A stretch of 64,000 nt of DNA. Origin: Microcoleus sp. Lineage in GTDB: Bacteria > Cyanobacteriota > Cyanobacteriia > Cyanobacteriales > Microcoleaceae. The number at the start of each line of letters is the position of its first letter. Within the stretch, counting starts at the first letter, position 1. The notes under the pieces were generated by a model. It searched no databases, was not told the origin of the DNA, and saw nothing but the letters and a program-made list of their open reading frames with translations. Both the position numbers and the translations under genes were made by a program. The stretch spans positions 1,696,001-1,760,000 of the forward strand of contig CP181291.1 of assembly GCA_052279835.1 (NCBI GenBank). The letters run 5' to 3'. Of the stretch, positions 11,725 through 23,915 are shown piece after piece.

Positions 11725-13440
11725 CTAATACAATCGCATAAATATGGTAGCTTTGCGAATGCCTGCTGTTTCTCCGGTGCTAGTAATTGTGAGCGATCGC
11801 AAATGGTCGAACAATGGTCTTGCGGAAAGTTCAATTAACCTCAACAGCGGAATTTGTTTTTCCCAAATTCCTCTGCTTGAGGGCCAATCTAAATAAAAAT
11901 AGCCGTCATTAGATGGCGGTAAGGGTTCGATACTCGTTTGAAAGTCTTGATTTGCCACCAAAGAACCTGTTTCAGCAGCTTTGAGAGCTTCGTCCATTGC
12001 TTCTACTGAGGTTGTGAAAATTTCGTATTTACCAACTGTGGCTCGGACTCCTTTTGCCTCGGTTTCGATCGCACTTTTCCTGTTTGTTTCCTTACCATAA
12101 TTTTGGGTAGTTGTCAACTGCGTCCAAGCGGTAATTTTTTGGTTTCTGAGAGTGAAACTGCCTATGCTGTATTCTTTGCTGCGGGCAATTTCGTCCAAGC
12201 GGGCGATCGCCTGTTGGGAATCAGCAGATGTTTCAGCCACAAAAATCCAATCGCTGCTGTTTGAGGCACTTGGAAGCACTGCTAAAGCGTATTCTCCTTT
12301 TACCCAGTTGAATATGTCTTGGGGTAAGTTAATGCCCCAAGCTGTCTGAATATCTGCGAGGGTGCGATCGACTAATTTTGACACTTCTGCATTGCCAGAA
12401 ATAGCCGATGAAAATTCAGTCCAAAAATTGTTTAAACTGGTGCTAGCCACTGCCAAAGGGCTGGCTGAGGGAATGTATTGTAAGGCTTGTACAGGTTCCG
12501 AGAGTGTGGGAATTGCGTTGTTTTGGCGATCGGTGACTAAAGCAGTTTCGGCCACTAATCCCCGTCTATTTACTCCCACAGCCACCCCTAGGGAAGAAAG
12601 GGAAACATCAGATTTTTCCTTGGTTTCCGACAGGGGTAGATTGAAAAATGCTAAAGCTATTCTGCCTTGTTTTAGCTGCTGTAAAGCTTTTTGATATTCT
12701 GGCTTATTGTTAAGATTGAGGTTTGCCACTTCTACGTTATCTATGGCATCTCTAAGCACCTGCGGATGATTAGCCAATAAAACAAAACTTTGGTGATTCT
12801 TGCCATCTAAACTGCCACTGAGTAAAGCCGTAGCAAAGCTTGAGGGTAAACTGGAACTTGGCAAAGCAAGGCGACTCAAAGGTGATATCGGCTCAGTTTT
12901 TTTCGGGACTGCGGGTAATTGTTTATAACTGAGTTTAACACCTTTATATTGCTCAAACTGACCTTGTTTTTGCCAGTAGGAATCGAGAAACTGCTGGCTG
13001 CGATCGGGATTTTGGGAGGAAAGGGCTACCAAAAACCCGGCTTGTTTGCCATTTTTGCTGTCGCGATCGATATCTCGTGTAGCGATCGCGAAGGTAATTT
13101 CGTCACCTATCCAAGGTTGGATATCTCGACTGTAATTGAGGTTTGTATTGGCGAGGAGGCTGTTTTTGATTTGTTCAAATTCAGCGTGCGATCGGCTTCT
13201 TTCTGCGGGAGTAGCAAAAACCTGTCGCAGGGATTCCAGGCGATCGGGATTTACCAGCATTGACGCTAACAAAGGTGCTTGTTTCGAGACAAACACAGCA
13301 GCAGCCGGAGTAGTTGTCGGCCCGCCCTTGAGTAAATTAAGGGGAGTGTGAGTTGTCAACCAGTAAAAACCGCCTGCACTCAGGGCTAACAGCGCCAAGA
13401 CACCGACAATTAGAAAATAGAAGAACGATCGCAACTTCAT
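11725..13440 (-). CDS. DUF3352-like cyanobacterial protein
   Basis: Long ORF with N-terminal TM and LNYSRDIQPWIGDEI motif. Confidence 0.7.
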   Translation of the reverse strand: MKLRSFFYFLIVGVLALLALSAGGFYWLTTHTPLNLLKGGPTTTPAAAVFVSKQAPLLASMLVNPDRLESLRQVFATPAERSRSHAEFEQIKNSLLANTNLNYSRDIQPWIGDEITFAIATRDIDRDSKNGKQAGFLVALSSQNPDRSQQFLDSYWQKQGQFEQYKGVKLSYKQLPAVPKKTEPISPLSRLALPSSSLPSSFATALLSGSLDGKNHQSFVLLANHPQVLRDAIDNVEVANLNLNNKPEYQKALQQLKQGRIALAFFNLPLSETKEKSDVSLSSLGVAVGVNRRGLVAETALVTDRQNNAIPTLSEPVQALQYIPSASPLAVASTSLNNFWTEFSSAISGNAEVSKLVDRTLADIQTAWGINLPQDIFNWVKGEYALAVLPSASNSSDWIFVAETSADSQQAIARLDEIARSKEYSIGSFTLRNQKITAWTQLTTTQNYGKETNRKSAIETEAKGVRATVGKYEIFTTSVEAMDEALKAAETGSLVANQDFQTSIEPLPPSNDGYFYLDWPSSRGIWEKQIPLLRLIELSARPLFDHLRSLTITSTGETAGIRKATIFMRLY

Positions 13441-13837
13441 CAGCAAATGACAAATTACCACAGTCTACTATTATACACCCAGAACCCCGACTTTTTTCAA
13501 AAGTAAGTTTTTTGGGAAGATGGTTAGTTTTTAATTCGCTATTTATGGCAATCTAGAGATGAGTTATTCCTGGAATAAATCAAGCAATTCTGATACCTAT
13601 AGCATCGGGGATAAATTTACAGTTTTGTTTGCTTTAAATCAGTCCACTTGCCTCAAAAAATGATGTCATTTATCTTGCTTTGTGCTCGGCTTTGTGACTT
13701 TGATAGCTAATTTAATCAACAATATTCCCATTCCTCTGGAGCGAAGGAAGAATAAAAATCCCGAATCGACTTTAGATTATAGATTTTAGATTAGAGAAAC
13801 GTTATAATAAACAAAAAATTAAGTTTTGTAAAGACCC

Positions 13838-14446
13838 TTGACTGCAACATTCACCCCCAAAAACAGCCGAACCTGGCACGCTCTCAACCCCCTGTGGCAA
13901 GGAGCAGAAGACGCAGTACAGAAGGGTTTACCCCACACCAAGCTAGCACCAGCATGGCAAATACTGCTCCTGGGCGACGGTTCCCCCACCCGTCACCTGC
14001 AACTGCTGACGAGAGAACCCACAGAAGTTGATGTGATTGATATGTCCTTAGTGGGTGCAGATGCAGATGGCGCGCCGGAACAGATTGTGGTGGTTCCGGG
14101 GCCGCATCTGCGCCGACAAGTGTGGCTGCGGACTGCTTCTGGACAGCGTTTAGCCTATGCAGCTTCTTGGTGGGAAGCCAGTCACGTAGACGAATATTTG
14201 CAAAATAAATCTTTGCCAATTTGGGCAAGTTTAGCGCGGCTGCGGACGGAATTGTATCGGGATGTGCAAGGCATTTATTTGGGTAATTCGGCTGCTTTGG
14301 AGTCAGCATTTGAACAGTCGGGGCCTTTTTGGGGACGACACTATTTGTTTTGGCATCATGGTAAGCCACTGACTCTGATTTATGAGGTTTTTTCTCCTTA
14401 TTTAACTAAGTATTTGGGACCGATGCAATTGGATGTTGATTCATAA
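13838..14446 (+). CDS. Chorismate lyase (UbiC-like, DUF98)
   Basis: LLLGDGSPTRHL, RQVWL and LTLIYEVFSP motifs. Confidence 0.85.
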   Translation: MTATFTPKNSRTWHALNPLWQGAEDAVQKGLPHTKLAPAWQILLLGDGSPTRHLQLLTREPTEVDVIDMSLVGADADGAPEQIVVVPGPHLRRQVWLRTASGQRLAYAASWWEASHVDEYLQNKSLPIWASLARLRTELYRDVQGIYLGNSAALESAFEQSGPFWGRHYLFWHHGKPLTLIYEVFSPYLTKYLGPMQLDVDS

Positions 14447-14492
14447 AATGCGATCGCTCTTAGAGTTCCTTGTTAGATCAAATCCGTTTGAC

Positions 14493-14540
14493 TGGTTCCC
14501 AGGCTGAAGCCTGGGAACCCATATCCAGAGGCTCTGCCTC
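14493..14540. repeat. Palindromic dispersed repeat
   Basis: GGTTCCCAGGCTGAAGCCTGGGAACC...CCAGAGGCTCTGCCTC; related to the longer copy at 42708-42820. Confidence 0.7.
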
Positions 14541-14542
14541 TT

Positions 14543-15847
14543 CTACTTCTTTATAATTATTCGCTGAAATTTCACTCGCAAACCGTCGCGGGGATGGGGA
14601 GTTGGTACTCTGATTAAATTCAAATCTTGATCTGGTAAAAGTTCCCAGTCGCATTCCCGAATCATCCTCGCTGCAAACAATTTCATTTCTAATCTGGCAA
14701 ATTCTTTGCCCAAACATTCTCGCAAACCGCCGCCAAATGGCACGTAGGTGAAAGGTTTAGCCGATCGCTCGGAGTTAAATCGATCGGGATTGAAGCGATC
14801 GGGTTCAGGATAAACTGTGGCATCTTGATGGGTTTGATTTATTTCATAAAGCACGCTCCAACCTTTAGGAATTTCATAGCCACCGAACTCACAAGCATTA
14901 ATTACTGTCCGAAAACCACCTCCCACCGGTGGCACTAAACGCAGCACTTCTCGCAGCACCTGTTCTAAATAGGTCATTTGTTTGAGTTGCTCTAAGGTTA
15001 GCGGTTCTGTAGTGGGGAACTGCTGTTGTTCGGCTCGCACTTTTGCCATCACGTCGGGATGTTGAGCTAGGAGAAGACAAAAAGAGGCGATCGCCGAAGT
15101 TAGAGTCTCGTGTCCCGCAAACAACAGCAGCAGCACTTGGTCTTTTAACTCCTCCACACTCAAACTATTTCCCTCATCATCGCGAGCCGAAATTAGCAAA
15201 CCTAAAGCATCATTACCACCTGGGATTCCTTGTTGGCGATCGCGAATAATATTTTCCAGTTCTGCTAACAGTAAATTTCTGCTATTCTTAGCTTTTCCAA
15301 ACAGAGTCCAAGGGACATCTAAAGGAATAGAAAATAAACCATTACACCAAGCTTCAAAATAATTTCCCAGCGCCGTTTCCGAACCAGAATCAATACCAAC
15401 TAACAACTTACCAGCAACATCAAAAGTATAATTTCTCAGTTCTGGATACCAGGCGAACTCGCTCATTTCCGTCCACCTTTCCAAATAGCGCTGAGTGATA
15501 TCTTCCATAGCCTCAATGTACCCAGCCAGGGCCCGTGGCTGAAATGCTTGGTATAGCAACTTACGCCGATTTTGGTGGTCAGCACCAGTTTGCAGCGCCA
15601 AGGAAAGTGGCCCTAAAAGCGCTTTCGTGCTGGGAGGCCAACTCACCACAAAATATTGATTTTCATGGCTTAAAACAAACAAATTCGCCTCCTGACCGCA
15701 CATAAAGACTGTAGGCTGTCCGAAAATGCTGGTTTTGAAAATATTTCCGTACTGCTGGTGGCGTTTTTTGGCAAATTGCGAATCTCGCAAAAAGTTGAGG
15801 GTATCGCCCATGAGTGGTAAACCGAAACTGCCGGGAGGTAATGCCAT
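14543..15847 (-). CDS. Cytochrome P450 (CYP120-like)
   Basis: AGHET, ExLR and PFGGGLRECLG heme-binding motifs. Confidence 0.93.
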   Translation of the reverse strand: MALPPGSFGLPLMGDTLNFLRDSQFAKKRHQQYGNIFKTSIFGQPTVFMCGQEANLFVLSHENQYFVVSWPPSTKALLGPLSLALQTGADHQNRRKLLYQAFQPRALAGYIEAMEDITQRYLERWTEMSEFAWYPELRNYTFDVAGKLLVGIDSGSETALGNYFEAWCNGLFSIPLDVPWTLFGKAKNSRNLLLAELENIIRDRQQGIPGGNDALGLLISARDDEGNSLSVEELKDQVLLLLFAGHETLTSAIASFCLLLAQHPDVMAKVRAEQQQFPTTEPLTLEQLKQMTYLEQVLREVLRLVPPVGGGFRTVINACEFGGYEIPKGWSVLYEINQTHQDATVYPEPDRFNPDRFNSERSAKPFTYVPFGGGLRECLGKEFARLEMKLFAARMIRECDWELLPDQDLNLIRVPTPHPRDGLRVKFQRIIIKK

Positions 15848-16426
15848 GTTAGATTTTAGATTGGAGTAAAGGGAATTGGGAATTGGGAATTGGGAATTGG
15901 TCAACCCCCCCTGCCCCAGCAGGGTGGATTTATAGTCGAAAAAATAAACTAAGCCGCTAGGGCAATTTGAGCATACTATGTGAAGGATTTAACTGGTTTT
16001 TCTCGATTAGACCAATCGAAAAGTAACTCAGAAACATTTTCAAGTTGGTTAGCCATAAATCTTAAAGCTTGTGTAAGAGTATTCGTAGCAATCATCACTC
16101 GCCAAAGATACTAAAAACTGTACATAAACCCTATAAAATTATGGTTAGTATCAGCCCTAGGGAATGCCTACTTCCTCTGGCTTGTGGATAGTGTGGTACT
16201 GCAATAATAGCTTCAATTAAATTCATTAGAGATGCACGCCGGTTAGGATACTATTTGCGATCGGGTCTGACCCGATCGCCTCTTCTATGATAAGTTCATC
16301 CTCTGACAATCAATCCACTCTGCCTTGGGGGGGCTGGGGGTTTCTTGCTTGGGGGGTTCTTCCTTAGCCTCAAGAGCGCCTTCGGGGCTCATTTAATCTT
16401 ACTACCTATAGCAAAAAGTGCTAACA

Positions 16427-17605
16427 ATGCGAATTCTACAAATTATTCCCTCCATTTCCCTCGTCTACGGCGGCCCAAGTCAAATGGTACTCGGACTTTC
16501 GGCAGCCCTCGCTGCTAAAAACATTGATGTCACGATTATCACCACAAATTCTAACGGAGATATCGGTCAACTTCCCTTAGAGGTTCCTCTCAATCAACCC
16601 CTAGAACAAAACGGCTATCAGATTATTTATTTTCGCTGTTATCCCTGGCGCAGATATAAATTTTCCCTCTCATTATTGCAGTGGTTAAATGCTCATGCAC
16701 ACCAATTTAACCTAGCTCATATTCATGCTCTTTTCTCACCAGTAACTACCCTCGCTGCTACCATTGCTAGATATCACCATTTACCCTATATTATCCGTCC
16801 CTGCGGTATGCTCGATCCGGCGGATTTACAGAAAAAAAAGCTATTAAAACAGATTTATGGTACTGTTTTAGAACGTCCTAATTTATCAGGGGCCGCCGCT
16901 ATTCATTTCACCAGTAAAGAAGAGGCTAAGATCTCAGCAAGATTTGGTTTGGATGGCCCAGATAAGATGCCTAGGCCACTGGATTTGGTGATTCCCTTGG
17001 GGGTGACACCCGGTTTGTTTTCTCATAAATTGCGAGCATCTTCAGTACCAACTATCTTATTTATGTCGCGCATTGAACCGAAAAAAGGGCTGGATTTGCT
17101 ACTTCCGGCTTTAGAAAGTATTTGGAAATCGCACATCAAGTTTCATTTTATTTTGGCTGGTTCAAATCCCCAAGATGCCGATTATGAAACAGGAATCCAA
17201 CTAAAAATACAGAATTCTATTTTAGCACAATGTACAACAATTACTGGTTTTGTGAGTGGTGATTTAAAATTGGAACTATTGACAAATGCTGACTTATTTG
17301 TATTGCCTTCCTATTACGAAAACTTTGGTATTGCTGTAGCAGAAGCAATGGCTGCTAGTGTACCTGTGGTGATTTCCGATCGCGTTCATATTTCCGAAGA
17401 CATACAGCAAGCAGAAGCTGGTTGGGTTGGCCCTCTGGAAGTTGGGGCGATCGCCCATTTAATCAAATCAGCACTTCTCGATCCAGATGAGCGCCAACGG
17501 CGGGGATTGAATGGCAGAGAATACGCTAACAAGCACTATAATTGGGAGGCGATCGCCCAACAAACCATCGATGCTTACCAGCACATTTTGTCACCTATTA
17601 ACTAA
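16427..17605 (+). CDS. GT4 glycosyltransferase, resembles hormogonium polysaccharide HpsP
   Basis: RIEPKKG and ENFGIAVAEAM GT4 motifs; N-terminus IIPSISLVYGGPSQ. Confidence 0.85.
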   Translation: MRILQIIPSISLVYGGPSQMVLGLSAALAAKNIDVTIITTNSNGDIGQLPLEVPLNQPLEQNGYQIIYFRCYPWRRYKFSLSLLQWLNAHAHQFNLAHIHALFSPVTTLAATIARYHHLPYIIRPCGMLDPADLQKKKLLKQIYGTVLERPNLSGAAAIHFTSKEEAKISARFGLDGPDKMPRPLDLVIPLGVTPGLFSHKLRASSVPTILFMSRIEPKKGLDLLLPALESIWKSHIKFHFILAGSNPQDADYETGIQLKIQNSILAQCTTITGFVSGDLKLELLTNADLFVLPSYYENFGIAVAEAMAASVPVVISDRVHISEDIQQAEAGWVGPLEVGAIAHLIKSALLDPDERQRRGLNGREYANKHYNWEAIAQQTIDAYQHILSPIN

Positions 17606-17617
17606 CGGGACTGAAGT

Positions 17618-19583
17618 TTACCTTTTACTTCTTCTCCGGCTGCGAGTTCTGGTGCTACTGGTATTAGAAGTATCCGGTGATGGATTGATGCTGCTCTTGC
17701 TTTTAACCTCAGTAGATTCAGCGTTGGGTGCACTGTTGGCAGATTTTCTTCTAATGATAACCGGAGGGTTAAACCCTCGATTGCAGGGTCTTCCCAAGGA
17801 GTCAACATTCCTGCGATAATCGCAAATTACCACGTCGGCACTGGATTCTTGACAATCATTGATAAAGGTTTTTGCTAATTGGTAATTGTTGTCATCTCTC
17901 TGCTGGGAAAACAGTTCCTTAGCTTGGTTAAAATCCGCTACTGCTTCCGATTTTGTACCCAACATACAGCGAATAGCACCTCGTTCCAAATAAGCCAAAC
18001 CATAATTAGGATTAACGCGAATAGCTTGTTCGTAACTGCCGATCGCCTTTTGTTTATCTCCCAATTCATAATATACTTGACCGCGACCCAAATAGGCTTC
18101 TGCCAAGTTAGGATTAAATTGCAGCGCTCGATCGTAATTGTAAATTGCCTGCTGTTTGTTTCCCTGTTTTGAACTAGCGATTCCCAATCCGAGGTAAGCT
18201 TGAGGTATGTTGGGATTCAAATCTAAAGCCTGATTAAAGTTGAAAATAGCCCCTGAAACATCTCCTTTCTGAATTTTCAAAGAACCTTGATTGCTGAAAT
18301 TTGCAGCTTTTTGAGCGATCGCAACTCTTTGATCGATCGCACCCTGATTCGCCCGGTAACTCGATAACTTATTTTGAGCTAGGCTATAAACAGGTGTACG
18401 TGGATCGATCGCTTCTAAAAGCGCGATCGACTGCTGCCATTTAGCTTGGGACTGATGCCAAACTTCCACAGTATGAGGAGGCTTTTGCACAACCACAGCA
18501 GCCTCCATCGCCAATTTTTGCGCCGTTGCGAGACTTTCTGCGGCTTGTAAATTTTGCTCAACAGGAAACCAACGTCTGGCTAAGTTGCAGCAAATCTGCC
18601 CTTGCTTGTTGATACCCACAGCCAGGTAAGTTAGGAATTTTATCTAAAGAAGCGATCGCTTCTTTAAGGCGTTTATGGAAACTTCTCAGCAGATTGACAT
18701 CGGTTGCTGTCACAGCATTCTGGGTTTCAGCTAGCAATATTTTCGATTGCTTGAGTGTGGAATCGGCTGCTTGAGTTAAGGCGATCGCACCGGCACTGAT
18801 TCCCAACACCAAAACCCCTAAACTTGCGGCTAACGCTAGGGGTATTTTAGGAATTACCCAATTAACTTGATTGTGAGTGGGCGATCGCACCGAGAGCCCC
18901 TCGCCGGCAGTTTCCGCCTCTGACTCCACCTCCAACTCCCAAGCCGGAAACTGTAAATCATCCCCTGCTGTTACCGCCGCCAATTCATTAGTAATTGGCA
19001 CCTGATTATTCCTATTTGTAGGGCGATACTTGTCAACCAAACCCTGCAATCCTACTTGATATCCTTGGGATACCCCATGAAATATCCACTCTCCATTTTT
19101 TCGAGACAAATGGCCCAATTCTATAGCCGTCTCTTGCTGCCAATTCTCGGTTAATTCATATCGAACCAGTTCCTTCCCCGTATCCAAATTTAAAATTTTG
19201 ATTGCAGGACTTTTGATGTTGCTAAAACTTGCATTAATTTGCTGTGAGTCGTGAATAGTAACTGCAAAAGTTATGGCCTGAATTTGGGGATTAATTTTAT
19301 CTAAAATCACCCCATAAGTCGTCTTATTTTTTTTACCTCCTTTGCGGCGATCGGGAATAGATTGCAGTACGGAACCATCACAGGATTTGAGATTATTGTA
19401 AAATATAAAATATTCATCATTAGGTATTTTGCCATCAGCACCTAGCATAAACGCCGAGACATCAATATCGTAGTTTTCTCCAGCCTCTGTCACCTGCCAA
19501 TCCAGGGCGATCGCCATTTTTTTTAAATCCGGGGCTGCTTTAGAGAGATTAAATGTTGCACCCTGAGCTAACTGCACTGCCAT
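17618..19583 (-). CDS. TerD-domain + TM + TPR protein, split by a frameshift near 18566
   Basis: ORF 18558-19598 has a TerD domain (YDIDVSAFML, FIFYNNL) and a TM helix; overlapping ORF 17618-18619 has TPRs; removing one base in GGTTTCC joins them (...QTLVPVEQNLQ...). Confidence 0.75.
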
Positions 19584-19786
19584 CTGCTTATTTGTCAACG
19601 ATCGGATTTTGTAGCGACTATCTTAATATTAATTTCCACTATAAATGTTGACTTGTAATAAGTTTTAATATTTTGAATAAGCTAGAGTAATTAGCGTAAT
19701 TTAGGGAGACTTACTTACATAGAATCACCTACGTAAAAACCGGGCTTTTTCCAAAACCCGGTCGATAAAATGGATTGAATTTGATG

Positions 19787-20194
19787 CTAATTTTGAGCTG
19801 ATTTCGTAGCAGGCGGTAGACTTACAAAGTTACCAAAGACTCCCACTGTTTGATAGCTTTTTTTGCCGACTTCAGTGGTGTAAATACTGACTACCCCTAA
19901 ATTTTCTCGCTGGGTTGTATTGTCGAGCAATTGTTCGATGGTACTGCGCTGGGAAGTCAGCAAATTTTTGCAACTGCCGATCAAAGTATCTGTAACACCG
20001 GTTAGAGCTTTAGGAATGCGAGAATCTTTACAGACAGTGCTTTCGAGCTCTGTTTCCAGTTTGCCAGAAGCATAAGTTAGGTATTTGTCTCTGGAAGGAT
20101 TTGTAAAGGCCATACCGGCGGCGAGTATTGTCAGGGCGATCGCCACTTTGCCTACATTGCCAAAAAAATTAGAAGTTGGCTTTTGAGTATTCAT
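19787..20194 (-). CDS. DUF4359-like protein
   Basis: Signal/TM followed by TNPSRDKY, two Cys and TVGVFGNF. Confidence 0.7.
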   Translation of the reverse strand: MNTQKPTSNFFGNVGKVAIALTILAAGMAFTNPSRDKYLTYASGKLETELESTVCKDSRIPKALTGVTDTLIGSCKNLLTSQRSTIEQLLDNTTQRENLGVVSIYTTEVGKKSYQTVGVFGNFVSLPPATKSAQN

Positions 20195-20447
20195 GGGTTT
20201 ATCAATAATCATTTTTTACCTAGCCCGGTTGAGTTATAAGCTTATCTTGATTTAAACTACACTTTCTAGGAAACGGATTTCAGAAAGGAGAGGACAGTTT
20301 TTAGATTGGAGGCAAGTTGGGAGTAAGTCTCTAGCTTGTCCACCTTCCTTGTACCTTCATCTTGGTGGCAAATCCGCATAAATCTAGGTACCAGCTCACA
20401 GATTGTCTCAATGGGTTTCAAGGAGACGAAAATTTTAAAATGTAGAG

Positions 20448-21471
<1,024 letters not shown>

Positions 21472-21737
21472 AGCGGTTCCTGAAACCCTTACCAGATAAC
21501 CATCCCTAGTCGATTTTACAAGCACCTCCCGCTTAATAGCAACAAAATCTCAAAAAAAGCCAAAAACTAGCCATAAAACCCAAATCCCAATTCTCTCAAA
21601 CCCTTACCCTGTCTAACATCCAGAGTTTTGCAAGCACCTCCCGAACCCTAAAAAAGGCTGAAACCTAGATAGGACAAGGGTTTGCAGCCATACAACCTCA
21701 AAAAAAAATTCCACAAGCAGAGGTGCTTGCATTTTCC
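21472..21737 (-). promoter_or_regulatory. CRISPR leader
   Basis: Non-coding segment between cas2 and the first repeat, with duplicated AAACCCTTACC and CAAGCACCTCCC motifs. Confidence 0.75.
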
Positions 21738-22037
21738 TCAAACCAGCCGATAGGAATCTCCCAATGGCGGCCAAGCACCAGGGCGGTTGTAAGCACAAAG
21801 CGTACTCGCACACTGATGAGACAAACGGACAAGCAACAAACTATCCTCCGATGCCAACACCTTCTCCAACTCCCATCGCAACTTTTCTCGCTCCCGCTGA
21901 CTCAGCCAAGCACGAAAAATCGAATATTGGATTCTTTCACCATAACCTTGCAGCAAGCTATAAGCCTTTCGCCAGCGTTTTTGGCAACGAATATCGTAGG
22001 TAATTAGATACCAATTTTTTGCTTCAGCCATTGTCAC
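21738..22037 (-). CDS. cas2: CRISPR-associated endonuclease Cas2
   Basis: YLITYDIR...GYGERIQYSIF motif. Confidence 0.95.
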   Translation of the reverse strand: MTMAEAKNWYLITYDIRCQKRWRKAYSLLQGYGERIQYSIFRAWLSQREREKLRWELEKVLASEDSLLLVRLSHQCASTLCAYNRPGAWPPLGDSYRLV

Positions 22038-22040
22038 ACC

Positions 22041-23709
22041 TCACCGCACAATCAATTGTGCAAATAAACCACCCTCACCCATCCATTCCTTTTCCAAAAG
22101 ACGTACTTCTAACTCCAACAAACGACGATAGGTAAGAGAATAACCAGTCACAGGATGCTTCCAAGTTTCCTGCTTACGACCTTCGTATAACTCCACTATC
22201 CTGCGTCGCCCCGCATCACTTAACCAAACCTGTTCTCCCCTCACCTCAAAATCAGTTTGGGGTTGCCATTGCCCTCGGTTAATTGAACCCATAACCACCA
22301 TATCCACCAAAGGAACGCGGAAAATTTCCATCAAATCTAAAGCTAAAGGTGAGGCTTGAGAACGAGGTTGGTGATAGAAACCTAAAGCTGGTTCTAAACC
22401 CACACTGAGGATGGCATTCATCACATCTTTCAGGAGCAAAGCATAGCCAAAACTCAACAAAGCATTAAATCGATCCTTGGGCGGGCGACGGTTACGACCA
22501 CAAAAATGCAACAGGGGAGAAACATCATTACCAATCAAATAAGGTAAGGCTCCAAAATATAGCGCAGCCAAGTTTCCTTCTAATCCTAATAAGTTTTCTA
22601 GACCTTTGGCTTTGGGAACTTGAGCCAGAACAATTTTCATTTGATTAATCGCTTTTTTTAGCTCCTCTGATGCTTCCTTGCCCCGTCCACCGCGCATTAA
22701 AAATTTGCGCTGTCCTTGACCCCGACAAATAACTAATTTTCGGGCTAATTCCAAACATTTTTCCGAATTACTCAGTGCTGCATATTGACGAATTCGACGC
22801 TGAATGCTGCCACCACGAGCATCGAAACTTCCCACATAGCGTCCCCCGCCAGAAACAAAGTGAATTCCGATCGCCTGTTCGGTGCAAAAATACAAAGCTT
22901 GGGTGGAAATTTGGGAGAAACTATGGAGGACAATTTGACCGATTTGCCGGCCTGGTAGGATTTCTGTAGGCTGATGGCGGCGAGATATTTTGATTTGTTC
23001 TCCGCAGCGCCCTACTGCTGTTCCTGGTTCTAAAACATGAATAATTTGTCGTTCGTCGTCTTCAGGAAACAAGCGAATGGGCTGCCATTCTCGATTATGG
23101 GCAAGTCGAGCTTCTTCTGGCAAGCAAACTGGAGCAAGGGAGCAGCGGGTACAGAGGCGCTCGTTGTCGGTGACTGGTGGGCGACAGGGGGACTGGCGGA
23201 GCGATCGCGCTTGTTCTATAGCCTCTCTCACCGCAGTGCGCCCTGCATCATCAAGGGGGACGCGCACCATCACATTATCAGCGTGGTAGCGGATGCGCCC
23301 TTCTGGGACAGAAATACCCTTGGCTAATTCAATCAACCAAGCATAACTGAGAATTTGCAGGCGATCGCTCTCCCAAGCTTGGGGCTGATTATGTGCATCT
23401 CGGTGACAGCGCCCCCGTTTGTGCTCGTAGGGAATGGTTTCCCCATCACGAGTGCGAAGGGCATCTAGGCGGCCGCGCAACCCCAATTCTTCACTTTCGA
23501 GGTACAATTCTTCCCACTCTTCATCCTCGTGTTTTTCCAGTTTCTGCGTGCAGTCGGCGGCCAGCGAATACTGCCGCATCTTGGGTGTGGAGTTCTTCTA
23601 CTTCTTCGAGGTAGAAAAGGCGGGGACAGTAGGCAAAAGCATGGAGGGCACAAACACGAATAGTGCTTTGTTTTGGGGGTAAAAAAGAGTCAATTTCAAG
23701 TGCTTGCAT
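22041..23709 (-). CDS. cas1: Cas4/Cas1 fusion (type I-MYXAN), frameshifted at about 23541-23543
   Basis: N-terminal LHAFAYCPRLFYL (23521-23709 frame) continues as RLDAL/EHKRG/CTRCSLAPVC (Cas4) and GLEG, NALLSFGY, LALDLMEIFR (Cas1) after removing one base. Confidence 0.92.
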
Positions 23710-23765
23710 AGTGAAATCTGGCTTGAGTTAAAGTTTTTCACCTGATGCTTGTTCAGGTTGAAATT

Positions 23766-23800
23766 ACTCTAGCTATTTACCCCGGCAAAAAAGCTTCCGC
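23766..23800 (-). promoter_or_regulatory. Putative cas4/cas1 promoter: 18-bp motif, 11 nt, -10 TAGAGT
   Basis: GCGGAAGCTTTTTTGCCG (23800-23783), 16/18 identical to the motif upstream of the WYL gene. Confidence 0.6.
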
Positions 23801-23819
23801 TATGTCAGTCCTCAAAAGG

Positions 23820-23915
23820 TTATTGAAAAAGCACTTCTTCAGCAGAAGCATACTTACCGCTTTCTACCTGACTTTGAATGAACTGTGAACTTTCTGAATT
23901 TAACGATACATTCAT
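23820..23915 (-). pseudogene. Truncated ParD-like (CC2985-type ribbon-helix-helix) antitoxin, 31 aa
   Basis: Manual translation MNVSLNSESSQFIQSQVESGKYASAEEVLFQ*; SGKYASAEEV is typical of this family. Confidence 0.65.

Noticed and set aside
13532..13556. 9-nt match (TAATTCGCT) to the mini-array spacer
   Set aside because: Flank is TTT rather than ATG and the match collapses after position 9; chance level
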